Below, in pieces: positions 30,160 to 39,868 of a DNA stretch of 44,659 bases. Within the stretch, counting starts at the first letter, position 1. Every line of letters starts with the position of its first letter. The notes below the pieces were generated by a model. The model was not told where the DNA came from, did no database searches, and saw only the letters and a program-made list of their open reading frames with translations. Position numbers and translations under genes: made by a program. Location: contig CAYGYX010000008.1 of assembly GCA_964354255.1 (NCBI GenBank), positions 7,898 to 52,556 on the forward strand, read 5' to 3'. Source of the DNA: an uncultured Acidimicrobiia bacterium (GTDB lineage Bacteria > Actinomycetota > Acidimicrobiia > Spongiisociales > UBA11373).

Positions 30160-31566
30160 ATGGGCGCCACCGTCGACATCGACCTGGGCAAGTACCGACT
30201 GGGCTGGTCTGACGCCGAGGACTACGTCTTCAAGCCGGAGAAGGGCCTCAGCGAGGAGATCATCCGCCAGATGTCGGGGATGAAGGGCGAACCCGCCTGG
30301 ATGCTCGAGTTCCGGCTCAAGGCCTACCAGCGCTTCCTGCGCAAGCCGGTGCCCACCTGGGGGGGCGGGGGCCTGCTGCAGACCATCGACCTCGACAACA
30401 TCTACTACTACATCAAGCCCACCGAAGGGCAGGCCAAGTCCTGGGACATGGTCCCCGAGGGGATCAAACGCACCTACGAGCGCCTCGGCATCCCCCAGGC
30501 CGAGAGGAAGTACCTGGCAGGGGTCACGGCCCAGTATGAATCGGAGGTCGTCTACCACCGCAACCGGGAGGACCTGGCACGCCTCGGGGTCCTGTTCTGC
30601 GACATGGACACCGCCCTGCGCGAGTACCCCGACCTGGTCCGGCAGCACTTCGGGACGGTGATCCCGCCGGGCGACAACAAGTACGCCGCCCTCAACTCGG
30701 CGGTCTGGTCGGGCGGGTCCTTCATCTACGTCCCCCCCGGGGTGCACCTCGACCAGCCGCTGCAGGCTTACTTCCGCATCAACGCCGAGAACATGGGCCA
30801 GTTCGAGCGCACCATGATCATCGTGGACGAGGGGGCCTACTGCCACTACGTGGAAGGGTGCTCGGCCCCGGTGTACTCCACCGACTCGCTTCACGCCGCG
30901 GTGGTGGAGATCATCATCAAGGACGGGGGGCGCTGCCGGTACACCACCATCCAGAACTGGTCCAACAACGTCTTCAACCTGGTGACCAAGCGGGCGGTGG
31001 CCCACCGCAACGCCACCATGGAATGGGTCGACGGGAACATCGGGTCCCGCCTCAGCATGAAGTACCCGGCGGTGTGGCTGGTGGGGGAGGGCGCCCATGG
31101 GGAAGTGCTTTCCATCGCCTTCGCCGGGCAAGGGCAGCACCAGGACACCGGCGCCAAGATCGTGCACGCCGCCTCGAACACCACCTCGCTGATCACCTCC
31201 AAGTCGATCTCCAAGGACGGGGGCCGGGCCGGGTATCGAGGCCTGCTCCGGGTGGAGGAGGGGGCGCACCACGTGAAGTCGTTCGTGCGCTGCGACGCCC
31301 TGATCCTCGACCCGCAGAGCCGGTCGGACACCTACCCCTACATGGAGATCGAGGAGGCCGACGCGAACATCGGCCACGAAGCGACCGTCTCCAAGGTGGG
31401 CGACGACCAGCTGTTCTACCTGATGACCCGCGGCTTGGGGGAGGCCGAAGCCACCGCCATGATCGTCGCCGGCTTCATCGAGCCGATCGTGCGGGAGCTC
31501 CCCATGGAGTACGCCGTGGAGCTGAACCGTCTCATCGAGCTGCAGATGGAGGGCTCGGTCGGGTGA
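30160..31566 (+). CDS. sufB: Fe-S cluster assembly protein SufB
   Basis: [73 protein letters not shown]. Confidence 0.97.
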   Translation: MGATVDIDLGKYRLGWSDAEDYVFKPEKGLSEEIIRQMSGMKGEPAWMLEFRLKAYQRFLRKPVPTWGGGGLLQTIDLDNIYYYIKPTEGQAKSWDMVPEGIKRTYERLGIPQAERKYLAGVTAQYESEVVYHRNREDLARLGVLFCDMDTALREYPDLVRQHFGTVIPPGDNKYAALNSAVWSGGSFIYVPPGVHLDQPLQAYFRINAENMGQFERTMIIVDEGAYCHYVEGCSAPVYSTDSLHAAVVEIIIKDGGRCRYTTIQNWSNNVFNLVTKRAVAHRNATMEWVDGNIGSRLSMKYPAVWLVGEGAHGEVLSIAFAGQGQHQDTGAKIVHAASNTTSLITSKSISKDGGRAGYRGLLRVEEGAHHVKSFVRCDALILDPQSRSDTYPYMEIEEADANIGHEATVSKVGDDQLFYLMTRGLGEAEATAMIVAGFIEPIVRELPMEYAVELNRLIELQMEGSVG

Positions 31567-31614
31567 GGTAGCGGACGGGGCCGGCCGGCGCCGGCCCGGG
31601 TACCATCGGCCCCG

Positions 31615-32691
31615 ATGGCACGCGTCGGCATCGTCGGCCTTCCCAACGTCGGCAAGACCACCCTGTTCAACGCCCTCACCGGCCTCGAGGCGCACACCGC
31701 CCCCCACCCTTTCTCCACGGTGGAGCCGGCGGTGGGAGTGGCCCGGGTGCCCGACCCCCTCCTCGAGCGGCTCGCCACCCTGGAGCACCCCGACAAGACG
31801 GTGCACGCCACCCTCGACCTGCTCGATCTGCCGGCCATGGCACGGCCCGGCTCGTCGGGCCTGGGCGCCCGCTTCCTGGCGAGGCTGCGGGAGATGGAGG
31901 CGCTGGCGGTGGTGCTGCGAGCCTTCGAGGACGACGGGGTGCCCGACGACGAATCGGGCACCGACCCCGCGGAGCAGGCCGAGGCGCTGCTGCTGGAGCT
32001 GGCCCTGGCCGACCTGGAGGTGCTCGCTCGCAAGGCGGAGAAGGCGGTCAAGGAGGCCACTGCCGATTCGACGAAGCGGGCGGGGGCCGCGGCGGTAGCT
32101 CGGGCGGTCGAGGTGCTCGATCAGGGAAGGGCGATGCGCACGGAATCGTGGAACGAGCAGGAGGAGGCGGCTTTCCACGACCTGGCCCCGCTCACCCTGA
32201 AGCCGGCGGTGTGGGTGGTCAACGTGGGGGAGGACGAAGCGTCGGCGGCCGAGCGGGTGGCGGCGGTGGCGGCGGCGGTGCCCTCCGGTGACACGGTGGT
32301 GGCGCTGTCGGCCCGCCTCGAGGAGGAGGCCTCCCGCCTCGACCCCGAGGAGCGGAAGGAGCTGCTGGAGGGCCTCGGCCTGGGGGAGGGGGCCCTGGCC
32401 CGGGTGGTGCGGGCCACCTACGACGCTCTGTGCCTGGTCACCTTCTACACCGCCGGCGACAAGGAGGTCCGCGCCCGCACCGTGCGCCGGGGAGCGCACG
32501 CCCGGGAGGCGGCCGGCAAGGTGCACAGCGACATGGAGCGGGGGTTCATCCGGGCGGAGATCGCCCCCATCGCCGAGGTGGTGGCGGCGGGGGGATGGGA
32601 GGCGGCCAAGGCGGCGGGGCGGGTGAAGGTGGAAGGGCGCGACTACGTGATCGCCGACGGCGATGTGATGTTGGTGCGGTTCTCGGTATGA
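31615..32691 (+). CDS. ychF: YchF/Obg-like ATPase with TGS (DUF933) domain, divergent G3
   Basis: GIVGLPNVGKTTLFNALT, PFSTVEP, AAGKVHSDMERGFIRAE, EGRDYVIADGDV; the G3 position reads DLPA. Confidence 0.8.
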   Translation: MARVGIVGLPNVGKTTLFNALTGLEAHTAPHPFSTVEPAVGVARVPDPLLERLATLEHPDKTVHATLDLLDLPAMARPGSSGLGARFLARLREMEALAVVLRAFEDDGVPDDESGTDPAEQAEALLLELALADLEVLARKAEKAVKEATADSTKRAGAAAVARAVEVLDQGRAMRTESWNEQEEAAFHDLAPLTLKPAVWVVNVGEDEASAAERVAAVAAAVPSGDTVVALSARLEEEASRLDPEERKELLEGLGLGEGALARVVRATYDALCLVTFYTAGDKEVRARTVRRGAHAREAAGKVHSDMERGFIRAEIAPIAEVVAAGGWEAAKAAGRVKVEGRDYVIADGDVMLVRFSV

Positions 32692-32756
32692 GGAGGGCGG
32701 GCGTCGGGCCCGTCGGTGGGGCGGCAATCGGCCGGGCGAGCAGCTGAGGAGGCGGG

Positions 32757-33212
32757 GTGCGGGCAGTGGCGCAGCGGGTCTCGTGGGCCCGGGTGCGGGT
32801 CGACGGGGAGATCGTGGGGGAGATCGGCCCGGGCCTGCTGGTGCTGGTGGGGGCCGCCGCCGGCGATACCTCCGCCGACGCCGCCGCCCTCGCCGACAAA
32901 CTGGCCGGCCTGCGCATCTTCCCCGACGGAGAGGGGCGGATGAACCGGTCGGTGGCCGAGGCGGGCGGGGCGGTGCTGGTGGTGAGCCAGTTCACCCTGC
33001 TCGGCGACCTGCGGCGCGGGCGGCGCCCCTCCTTCACCGGCGCCGCCCCTCCCGAGGAGGCCGAGCCGCTGGTGGAGGCGGTGGCCGAGCACCTGGGCCG
33101 GGCCGGGGTGCCCTGTGCCACCGGCCGCTTCCGGGCGCACATGGAAGTGGAGCTGCTCAACGACGGCCCGGTGACGCTGGTGCTCGACGTGAGCGAGGGC
33201 CGGGTGCGCTGA
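32757..33212 (+). CDS. dtd: D-aminoacyl-tRNA deacylase
   Basis: MRAVAQRV, LRIF, SQFTL, RRPSF, NDGPVT. Confidence 0.96.
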   Translation: MRAVAQRVSWARVRVDGEIVGEIGPGLLVLVGAAAGDTSADAAALADKLAGLRIFPDGEGRMNRSVAEAGGAVLVVSQFTLLGDLRRGRRPSFTGAAPPEEAEPLVEAVAEHLGRAGVPCATGRFRAHMEVELLNDGPVTLVLDVSEGRVR

Positions 33213-33221
33213 CCCCCGGTC

Positions 33222-36200
33222 TCACCCGGGGTGGGCGGCGATCCAGGCGGTGCCTTCGGGGCAGAAGCGGGCGAAGTCGCAGTCGCGGCACGATTCCGAG
33301 GGTGAGGGGGTCTTCTCTCCGCCGGCCGCTCGGGCGGCGAGGCCGGCCAGGTGGGCGCGCGCTTCTCGCAGCCAGCCCGCGTCGACATCCTCGCCGGCCT
33401 CCTCCAGATGGCCGCCGCCGAGGTAGGCGAAGGTGACCCGGGTGTGGGCCGGGGCGGAAGCGGCGAAGCCGGCCTCCGCCAGCGCCACGGCGTAAGCCTC
33501 CAGTTGGACGCGCCGGGCCGGGTCGGGGCGCAGTCGCCCGCTCTTGAAGTCGACGACTTCCCAGGCTCCCGGCGGGTTCTCGTAGACGGCATCGATGCGG
33601 CCTGCCAGCCGCGTCTCTCCGATCGCCAGCTCGAACGGGGCCTCTACCAGCAGGGGCGAGAGGGAAGCGAAGCGGGAGGCGCGGAAGGCGGCGAACGGGT
33701 TGCCCCGGGCGCCGTGCCCCTCGCCGGTGGCGAAGTCGTACAGGTCCTCCTCGGCCTCCTCGAGGGGGAGGCCGCCCCGGTTGTGCAGCTCGATGCGCCG
33801 GTGCAGTTCGATGCCGCGCCGCAGCTGGGAAGAGGGCCGGCGGGGCAGGCGGTCGGCGGTACTCCAGTGGAAGCGGAGGGGGCAGGAGGCGAAGGTGACC
33901 AGGCCGGTGACGGTGGTGCGGAAGGGAGCGGCCCCGGCGGCCCCTGGGAGGGGCTCGGGCAGCCCTTCCAGTAGGGGGGCCAGCCGGGCGGCAGCGGCCT
34001 CGAAGTTGCCGGTGATGCCCGCCTCGTCGGCCAGGTGCCGGGGTGAGGCCGGGTCGGCCACGGCCGCCCGCAGGGCGGCGCGCCACCCGGCCGGGAAGAA
34101 GGTGTCGGGGTCGCCGGTGCCCGGGTCGAGGCGCAGGGTGGCCGGTGGGAGCCCCGGCTCGGGGGTGTCGGCAGCCCGGGTGGCCCCTGCTTCGGCTGCC
34201 AGGGCGAGGAGGGGGCTGTGCTCCTTGGGCTGCTTGCCCCCGTACCAGAAGGCCCCGGTGAGCAGCAGGTGGCGCTTGGCCCGGGTGACCGCGACGTAGA
34301 CGGCTCGCCACTCCTGGTCCTGGTGGCGACGGCGCACCAGGTCGGCGCGCTCCTCGGGGTCGTCGGACAGGGCGGGTAGCCAGGCGCGGTCGAGGCGCAG
34401 GTGGTGGGGGAGGAAATGGGGATGGGCCAGTGGGTCCTCCAGGGCGTGCGCCCGGCCGGGGAAAGTGCCTTTGCACAGGGCGGGGAGCACCACCACCGGC
34501 CACTCCAGGCCCTTGGCCCGGTGCACCGTGAGGAGCACGACCGCGTCCTCTCCGCTCACCCGGGCGGTGTCGAGCTCGTCGGCGGCCCGGTCCTCGTCGA
34601 GCAGGTCCAGGTAGTCCAGGAAGGCGTCGAGCGAGGGGGCGCCCTCCAGGGGGCTCCACGCCTCGGCCAGATCGAGGAACCGGTAGAGGTTGAGGCGGGC
34701 GGAGAGGCGGGCGGCGTCGCTGAGGGCCTCGACCTCGGGCCAGGCACCGGTGTCGTCGAGCACCCGGCGGCACAGCTCGACCAGGCTCATCCCCTGGGCC
34801 GCCTCGAGCAGCCGGCGGTAGGCGTCTCGGAAGCCGCGCAGGCGCCGCCCTGCCTCGGCGGAGAGGCCGGAGCACTCCTCGAGATGGTCGAAGGCCTCGA
34901 GCATCGCCCGGCCGATGACGCTCACATCGTCGTCACCGGCGGGGCGGGGGCGGGCCCGCCAGGCGGCCACCGGGGCCAGGTCGCCCAGGCCCAGGTGGTA
35001 GCGGGCCCCGAGCAGGACCCGCATGAGGGCGGCGTCGTCGTCGGGGCGGCCGATGATCCGCAGCCAGGCGTGCAGGTCGGCCACCTCGGGGATGTCGAGC
35101 AGCCCGCCCAGGGCGGCTACCTCGACCGGGATGCCCTGCTGCTCGAGCGCCTCGCGCACCAGGCCGATGTCGCGGTGCCGGCGGAAGAGGATCCCGACGT
35201 CGCGCCAGGCGATGTCCCCCGTCTCGTGCAGGTCCACCAGCCGGCGAGCGATCCAGTCGGCCTCCTCGGCGGCGTTGTGGAACCAGCCGGTCTCCAGTTC
35301 CCCGGGTGGGGCGTCGGCCAGGGCCCGGAGGCAGTCGAGGCCGCTGGGTCGGCCGATCTGGCCCCTGACCAGGTTGGCCAGGGCCACGATGCGGGAGGCG
35401 GACCGCCGGTTGTGGGACAGGGTGAGGGTGGCGGCCGGGGTGCCGTCGGCCTCGGGGAAGTGGGTGGGGAAGGCGCCGAAGTTCTCCAGCGAGGCGCCCC
35501 GCCACTCGTAGATGGTCTGGTCGGGGTCGCCCACCGCGGTCACCGGGAAGCCGGCGCCGAAGATGAGGCGGAGCAGTTCCCGCTGCGCCGGGTTGGTGTC
35601 CTGGTACTCGTCGAGGAGCACCACCCGGTAGCGGGCCCGCAGCCGGGCGGCGACCTCGGGGTGGGTGGAGAGCAGTTGGTGGCCGCGGGCAATCATGTCG
35701 GCGTAGTCGACGAGCCCCAGCTGCTCCTTGCGCTCGGCGTAAGCGGCGAGGACCTCGGCCATCTCGGCGCGCCGGGCGGCTACCTCGCCGTCGGTCGCAC
35801 CCTCCTCCAACAGGTCGTCGGGGTCGAGGAGGTGGTCCCCCAGCCGGCCGGCCAGGGCGGCCAACTCGTCGACCCGGGCCCCGGGGGCGGTGAGGTCGAG
35901 GGCCAGCCGGGGGCCGGCTCCCAGCGCCTCGCGCAGTAGCTGGCGGGCGTAGCCGGGGGTGATCACCCCCACTCCCCGCTCCACTCCCACTAGCGGCCCG
36001 AACTCGGCGAGCAGGCCGTGGGCGAAGCCGTGGTAGGTGGTCACCTCGACCTGGCGCCCGGCGGCGGCCAGTTCGGGGAGGTGGAGGCGCAGGCGATCGG
36101 CCAGCTCCTCGGCCGCCTTGTTGGTGAAGGTGATGCCCAGTGCCTCTTCGGGGGCGATCCCCTCGCGCCGAATGAGGGCGGCGAGGCGCAGCGCCATGGT

Positions 36201-36296
36201 GGTGGTCTTCCCGGTGCCGGCCCCGGCGGTGACCCGCAGCGGCCGGAGCGGGTAGTCGGCGACCGCCTGTTGCTCGGGGGTGGGGGTCACCGTCAT
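33222..36296 (-). CDS. adnB: AdnB-like UvrD helicase with C-terminal PD-(D/E)XK nuclease
   Basis: AGAGTGKT, TFTNKAA, LDEYQD, VGDPDQTIYEWRGA, TVHRAKGLEW, YVAVTRA; nuclease GRID/VDFKSG/QLEAY with C...CxxC-x5-C. ATGA overlap with the upstream gene. Confidence 0.85.
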   Translation of the reverse strand: MTVTPTPEQQAVADYPLRPLRVTAGAGTGKTTTMALRLAALIRREGIAPEEALGITFTNKAAEELADRLRLHLPELAAAGRQVEVTTYHGFAHGLLAEFGPLVGVERGVGVITPGYARQLLREALGAGPRLALDLTAPGARVDELAALAGRLGDHLLDPDDLLEEGATDGEVAARRAEMAEVLAAYAERKEQLGLVDYADMIARGHQLLSTHPEVAARLRARYRVVLLDEYQDTNPAQRELLRLIFGAGFPVTAVGDPDQTIYEWRGASLENFGAFPTHFPEADGTPAATLTLSHNRRSASRIVALANLVRGQIGRPSGLDCLRALADAPPGELETGWFHNAAEEADWIARRLVDLHETGDIAWRDVGILFRRHRDIGLVREALEQQGIPVEVAALGGLLDIPEVADLHAWLRIIGRPDDDAALMRVLLGARYHLGLGDLAPVAAWRARPRPAGDDDVSVIGRAMLEAFDHLEECSGLSAEAGRRLRGFRDAYRRLLEAAQGMSLVELCRRVLDDTGAWPEVEALSDAARLSARLNLYRFLDLAEAWSPLEGAPSLDAFLDYLDLLDEDRAADELDTARVSGEDAVVLLTVHRAKGLEWPVVVLPALCKGTFPGRAHALEDPLAHPHFLPHHLRLDRAWLPALSDDPEERADLVRRRHQDQEWRAVYVAVTRAKRHLLLTGAFWYGGKQPKEHSPLLALAAEAGATRAADTPEPGLPPATLRLDPGTGDPDTFFPAGWRAALRAAVADPASPRHLADEAGITGNFEAAAARLAPLLEGLPEPLPGAAGAAPFRTTVTGLVTFASCPLRFHWSTADRLPRRPSSQLRRGIELHRRIELHNRGGLPLEEAEEDLYDFATGEGHGARGNPFAAFRASRFASLSPLLVEAPFELAIGETRLAGRIDAVYENPPGAWEVVDFKSGRLRPDPARRVQLEAYAVALAEAGFAASAPAHTRVTFAYLGGGHLEEAGEDVDAGWLREARAHLAGLAARAAGGEKTPSPSESCRDCDFARFCPEGTAWIAAHPG

Positions 36297-39283
36297 CCCA
36301 GGTAGGCCTCTCTGCCTTCGGGCCACTCTGGGCACACGCGCCGCACCGCGCAGGTGCGGCAATGGTCGCCCGGGGCGGGGACCCACCTCTCATCGCGGAT
36401 GCCGGCGGCGGCGTCGGCCATGAGCCCCCGGATCTCATCGAGGCGCCCGGGGTCGAAGGGACGGATGGTGACCTTCTTGGTGGCGGCGGCTGGGAACCAC
36501 ATCTCGGCCCCGGCCACCTCGCCGAGGGAAGTGATCCGCGGGTCGGCGGCGGCGGCGAGCATGTAGAAGCCGAGCTGCAGCGAGGCCGCCGCCTCGTCGG
36601 CGCGTGCGGCGGTGCGGGCCGTCTTGTAGTCGACGACGTGCACCCGGGGAGGGTCTCCCGACCTCACCTCGATGCGGTCGGCTCGTCCCCGCCAGCGGGT
36701 CCCCTCCACCTCGAGCGTCAGGGGCACCTCCACCGCCGCCACCCGCCCCCGGCCGGGCCATTGGTCGTACAGGTGGCGCAGCACTTCCTCGCCCCGCCGC
36801 CGCCAGGCGGCCGCCCACTCCCCGCCCCCGAAGGGAGCCGGATCCCAGTGCCTGTCGAGGGCGGTGAGCGCGTCGGCCAGCGTGCCCTGCGCCTCCCCGG
36901 CTGCCAGCGCAGCCCCCTCGGTGGATTCGAGGACCTGGTGGATGAGCGACCCGAGGGAGGCGTACACCGATCCTTCGTCACCCACGTGCAGCCAGCGCTC
37001 GAAGACGTAGCGGCGCGGGCACCGGAGGTAGGACTCGGCCTGGCTGGGGGAGAGCGCCAGGCCGGGCGGGATGAGGCCGTCGTCGCGGCCCCGCTCCAGC
37101 ACCCCGGCGAACTCCTCCGGGGGACGGGCCCGCCAGGTGCCCTGGGCGACCAGGGCGTCGAGCGCGGCGAGGCGCCGGGGAGCCGATTCCCCCGGATTGG
37201 CCAGCAGGCGCCGCAGCCACGCCTCGGCCTCGAGCGGGGTGGAGGGCTCGGCGGCTCCGGCCGGCAGGCGGGCAGCCTCGGCCGGCGTGGGCACGCCGGC
37301 GACCAGGGCGAGGAACCGGCTGGGCAAGCCCCGGCCCTGCTCGAACTCGCCCCTGGTGCAGGTCCACACGACCCGCCGGCGGGCCCGGCACATGGCGGTG
37401 TAGGCGAGGCGCATCTCCTCCTGGAGGCGGAACTGCGAGTAGGGACCGGCCTCCCCGGGCAGGAAGGGTGAGAGGTGGCGCACTCCCAGCAGCGACTCTC
37501 GCAGCCGCAGGTCGGGGAAGACTCCCTCCAGCGCGTCGGCGACAAAGACCACGTCGAACTCCACCCCCTTGGCCTGGTGCAGGGTGGCGAGGGTGAGGCG
37601 GTCCTCCTCCGGCAGGGCGTATTCGAGCAGGGGAGTGGCCTCGAAGTCCTCGGCCTCGCTCCAGCGCAGGTAGTCGGACAGGGTGGCGCGGGGGTCGCGC
37701 TCGTTGAGGCGCCCCAGCACCTGGGCGAGGGAGGACCAGGCGGCGCGCTCTGCCCGGTGCCGGGGCGACTGGGCCAGTTCGGGGATGTGGGGCAGGGTCG
37801 ACCAGAGGTGCCAGAAGCCCTCGACGGCGGGATGGCGCAGCGCCCAGGAGGGGTCCGAGACGAGGTCGGCGATGGCCTCTCCCTGGGGGAGGCCCCGGCG
37901 CACGACGGCGGCCCACGAGTCGCCGGTGCGGGCCTGCTCGCGCTCGAGCTCGCGCATCGCCGACAGGGTCAAGCCGGCCGGTACCCCGAGCAGCAGGCGG
38001 CGCAACGCCGCCGCCTGCTCGGCACCGGTGCCGGCGGCGGCGCGCACGCAGTCGAGCACTACCCGCACCGCCGGGTGGTCGACGAGGCGCCGGTCGGGCT
38101 CTTCGTGAGGGATGCCCCGCCGCTCCAGGGCCCGGGAGAGCTCGGGGAGGAAGCGGCGCTTGCTGCGCACCAGGACCGCCATGTGGCGGTAGGGGACGCG
38201 GTCGCGCAAGTGGGCCCGCTGGGCCTCGGCGGCGATCCACTCCGCTTCGTGGGTCTGCTGGTCGAAGGCGTAGGTCTCCACCACTCCCCGGCCGGGGGCG
38301 GGGATCACCGGCCCGGCCTCACCGGGGAGCCCTCCCCCGGCGGTGACCCGCACCGCCGCCGCCAGGATCTCGGCCGGCACCCGGAACGAGGTGGTCAGCA
38401 CGATGCGCCGGGCCGGCTGGCCGGCGGCGTCGGGGAAGGAGGCGGGGAAATCGGCGACGTTGGTGAGGGCCGCCCCCCGGAACGAGTAGATCGACTGGTA
38501 GGGGTCGCCGGCCACCGTGAGGTTGCGATGAGGCAGGTAGAGCCTCTGGAGGAGGTGGGCCTGGGCCACCGTCGTGTCCTGGTACTCGTCCACCAGCAGG
38601 TAGTGGAACTGGGCGGCTGTCCGGGCGCGCACCTCGGGATCGTCGAGCAGTGTGACGGCGGTGGCCTGCAGGGTGCCGTAGTCGATGCGTCCCTCGGCGG
38701 CCAGGGCGGCCCGATAGCGCTCCAAGAAGCCGGGCAGGGCCCGCCAATCGGCCCGCTCTTGCGACCGGGCGCCGAGGTCATCGGGGCCGACCAGGTTTTC
38801 CTGACAGCGGAGGACGAAGTCGGCTACCTCGCCGGCCAGGGTGTGGGTGCCGAGCAGGCTGCGGAAGGGCAGGGGCCACTCCGCCGGGTCCTCGGCGGCC
38901 AGGAGGTGTCCCACCAGGGCCACCTGCTCGGGGCCGGTGAGCAGGGAGGGCACCCGGCTCCACCCCCGGAGCCGCTGGGCGTGGGCTTCGACGAGCCGGA
39001 AGGCGAAGGAGTGAAAGGTGGAGGCGGGGATCACCGTGAAGGATCGGTGCAAGCCGGAGGCGACCCGGGAGCGCAGGTCGGCCGCTCCCCGGCGGGAGAA
39101 GGAGAGGAGGAGCAGGCCCTCCGGGCTGAGCCCCCCGTCGATGAGGCGGAGAGCCCGCCGGACCAGGAACTCGGTCTTGCCGGCGCCGGGCCCGGCCACC
39201 ACCAGCTGTGGGCCGTCGACGGCGGCGACGACGGGATCCCACTCGTCGGGATCGACCCGGGTCTCGAGGCAAGCCTCCGCCAT
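36293..39283 (-). CDS. adnA: AdnA-like UvrD helicase with C-terminal PD-(D/E)XK nuclease
   Basis: AGPGAGKT, LVDEYQD, GDPYQSIYSFRGA, TLHQAKGVEF, EEMRLAY; nuclease LSPSQ..CP, GRADR, VDYKT, QLGFY, CRTCAVRRVCP. Confidence 0.85.
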   Translation of the reverse strand: MAEACLETRVDPDEWDPVVAAVDGPQLVVAGPGAGKTEFLVRRALRLIDGGLSPEGLLLLSFSRRGAADLRSRVASGLHRSFTVIPASTFHSFAFRLVEAHAQRLRGWSRVPSLLTGPEQVALVGHLLAAEDPAEWPLPFRSLLGTHTLAGEVADFVLRCQENLVGPDDLGARSQERADWRALPGFLERYRAALAAEGRIDYGTLQATAVTLLDDPEVRARTAAQFHYLLVDEYQDTTVAQAHLLQRLYLPHRNLTVAGDPYQSIYSFRGAALTNVADFPASFPDAAGQPARRIVLTTSFRVPAEILAAAVRVTAGGGLPGEAGPVIPAPGRGVVETYAFDQQTHEAEWIAAEAQRAHLRDRVPYRHMAVLVRSKRRFLPELSRALERRGIPHEEPDRRLVDHPAVRVVLDCVRAAAGTGAEQAAALRRLLLGVPAGLTLSAMRELEREQARTGDSWAAVVRRGLPQGEAIADLVSDPSWALRHPAVEGFWHLWSTLPHIPELAQSPRHRAERAAWSSLAQVLGRLNERDPRATLSDYLRWSEAEDFEATPLLEYALPEEDRLTLATLHQAKGVEFDVVFVADALEGVFPDLRLRESLLGVRHLSPFLPGEAGPYSQFRLQEEMRLAYTAMCRARRRVVWTCTRGEFEQGRGLPSRFLALVAGVPTPAEAARLPAGAAEPSTPLEAEAWLRRLLANPGESAPRRLAALDALVAQGTWRARPPEEFAGVLERGRDDGLIPPGLALSPSQAESYLRCPRRYVFERWLHVGDEGSVYASLGSLIHQVLESTEGAALAAGEAQGTLADALTALDRHWDPAPFGGGEWAAAWRRRGEEVLRHLYDQWPGRGRVAAVEVPLTLEVEGTRWRGRADRIEVRSGDPPRVHVVDYKTARTAARADEAAASLQLGFYMLAAAADPRITSLGEVAGAEMWFPAAATKKVTIRPFDPGRLDEIRGLMADAAAGIRDERWVPAPGDHCRTCAVRRVCPEWPEGREAYLG

Positions 39284-39334
39284 CGCCTCCACCGTATCGC
39301 ACCGGTGTGACAGCGGCCGCGCCGACGCCGGGTT

Positions 39335-39811
39335 TCAGATCGCCAGCGGCTCCTGGTGGGCGAGGGCGGTGCCGTCGTGGAGCAGGTGGATCACGCGCAG
39401 TCCCATCTCCTCCAAGGCGGGGGCAATGAGGAGGGCGCGGTGGCAGTGCTCCGGCCGCTCCTCGGCACAGAGGAGGGCCACCTTGGCCTCGGCGGCCATG
39501 GCCGCCAGGTGGACCAGGGCGGCGCGGAACCGGGGAGAGCGGCGGATGGCCTCGTAGTCGGCCCCGCCGTCGGCGAGGAGCAGATCCGGGTCGTCGGGCC
39601 GGCCTCCGAGGGCGTCTCCCATCCAGCGGTAGCCGAGCCCGGCGGTGGCGGCCAGTTCCTCCAGGACACGCCGGGAGAACTCGGGGGCGTGGCGGGAAAC
39701 GGGCTGGGAACGGACATCGATGATGGTGGGCACCCCGTGCTGCTCGAGCACGGCGGCCATTTCGGCGAAACCGGCCCGGCCGTGGCCGATGGTGTAGATC
39801 GTGACGGGCAT
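39335..39811 (-). CDS. DUF488 family protein
   Basis: IYTIGH, IDVRSQPVSR, LGGRP, LLCAEERPEHCHR. Confidence 0.9.
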   Translation of the reverse strand: MPVTIYTIGHGRAGFAEMAAVLEQHGVPTIIDVRSQPVSRHAPEFSRRVLEELAATAGLGYRWMGDALGGRPDDPDLLLADGGADYEAIRRSPRFRAALVHLAAMAAEAKVALLCAEERPEHCHRALLIAPALEEMGLRVIHLLHDGTALAHQEPLAI

Positions 39812-39868
39812 CACCCCTCTTTCGGCGAGGCCGGGCCCATTCTGACCGATGCGAGGCGCCGAGTGGGG

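Noticed and set aside
30112-32727. 871-aa minus-strand ORF (likewise 22029-24029 and 37475-39310 on plus)
   Set aside because: Antisense shadows of sufB/ychF, the M3 peptidase and adnA.
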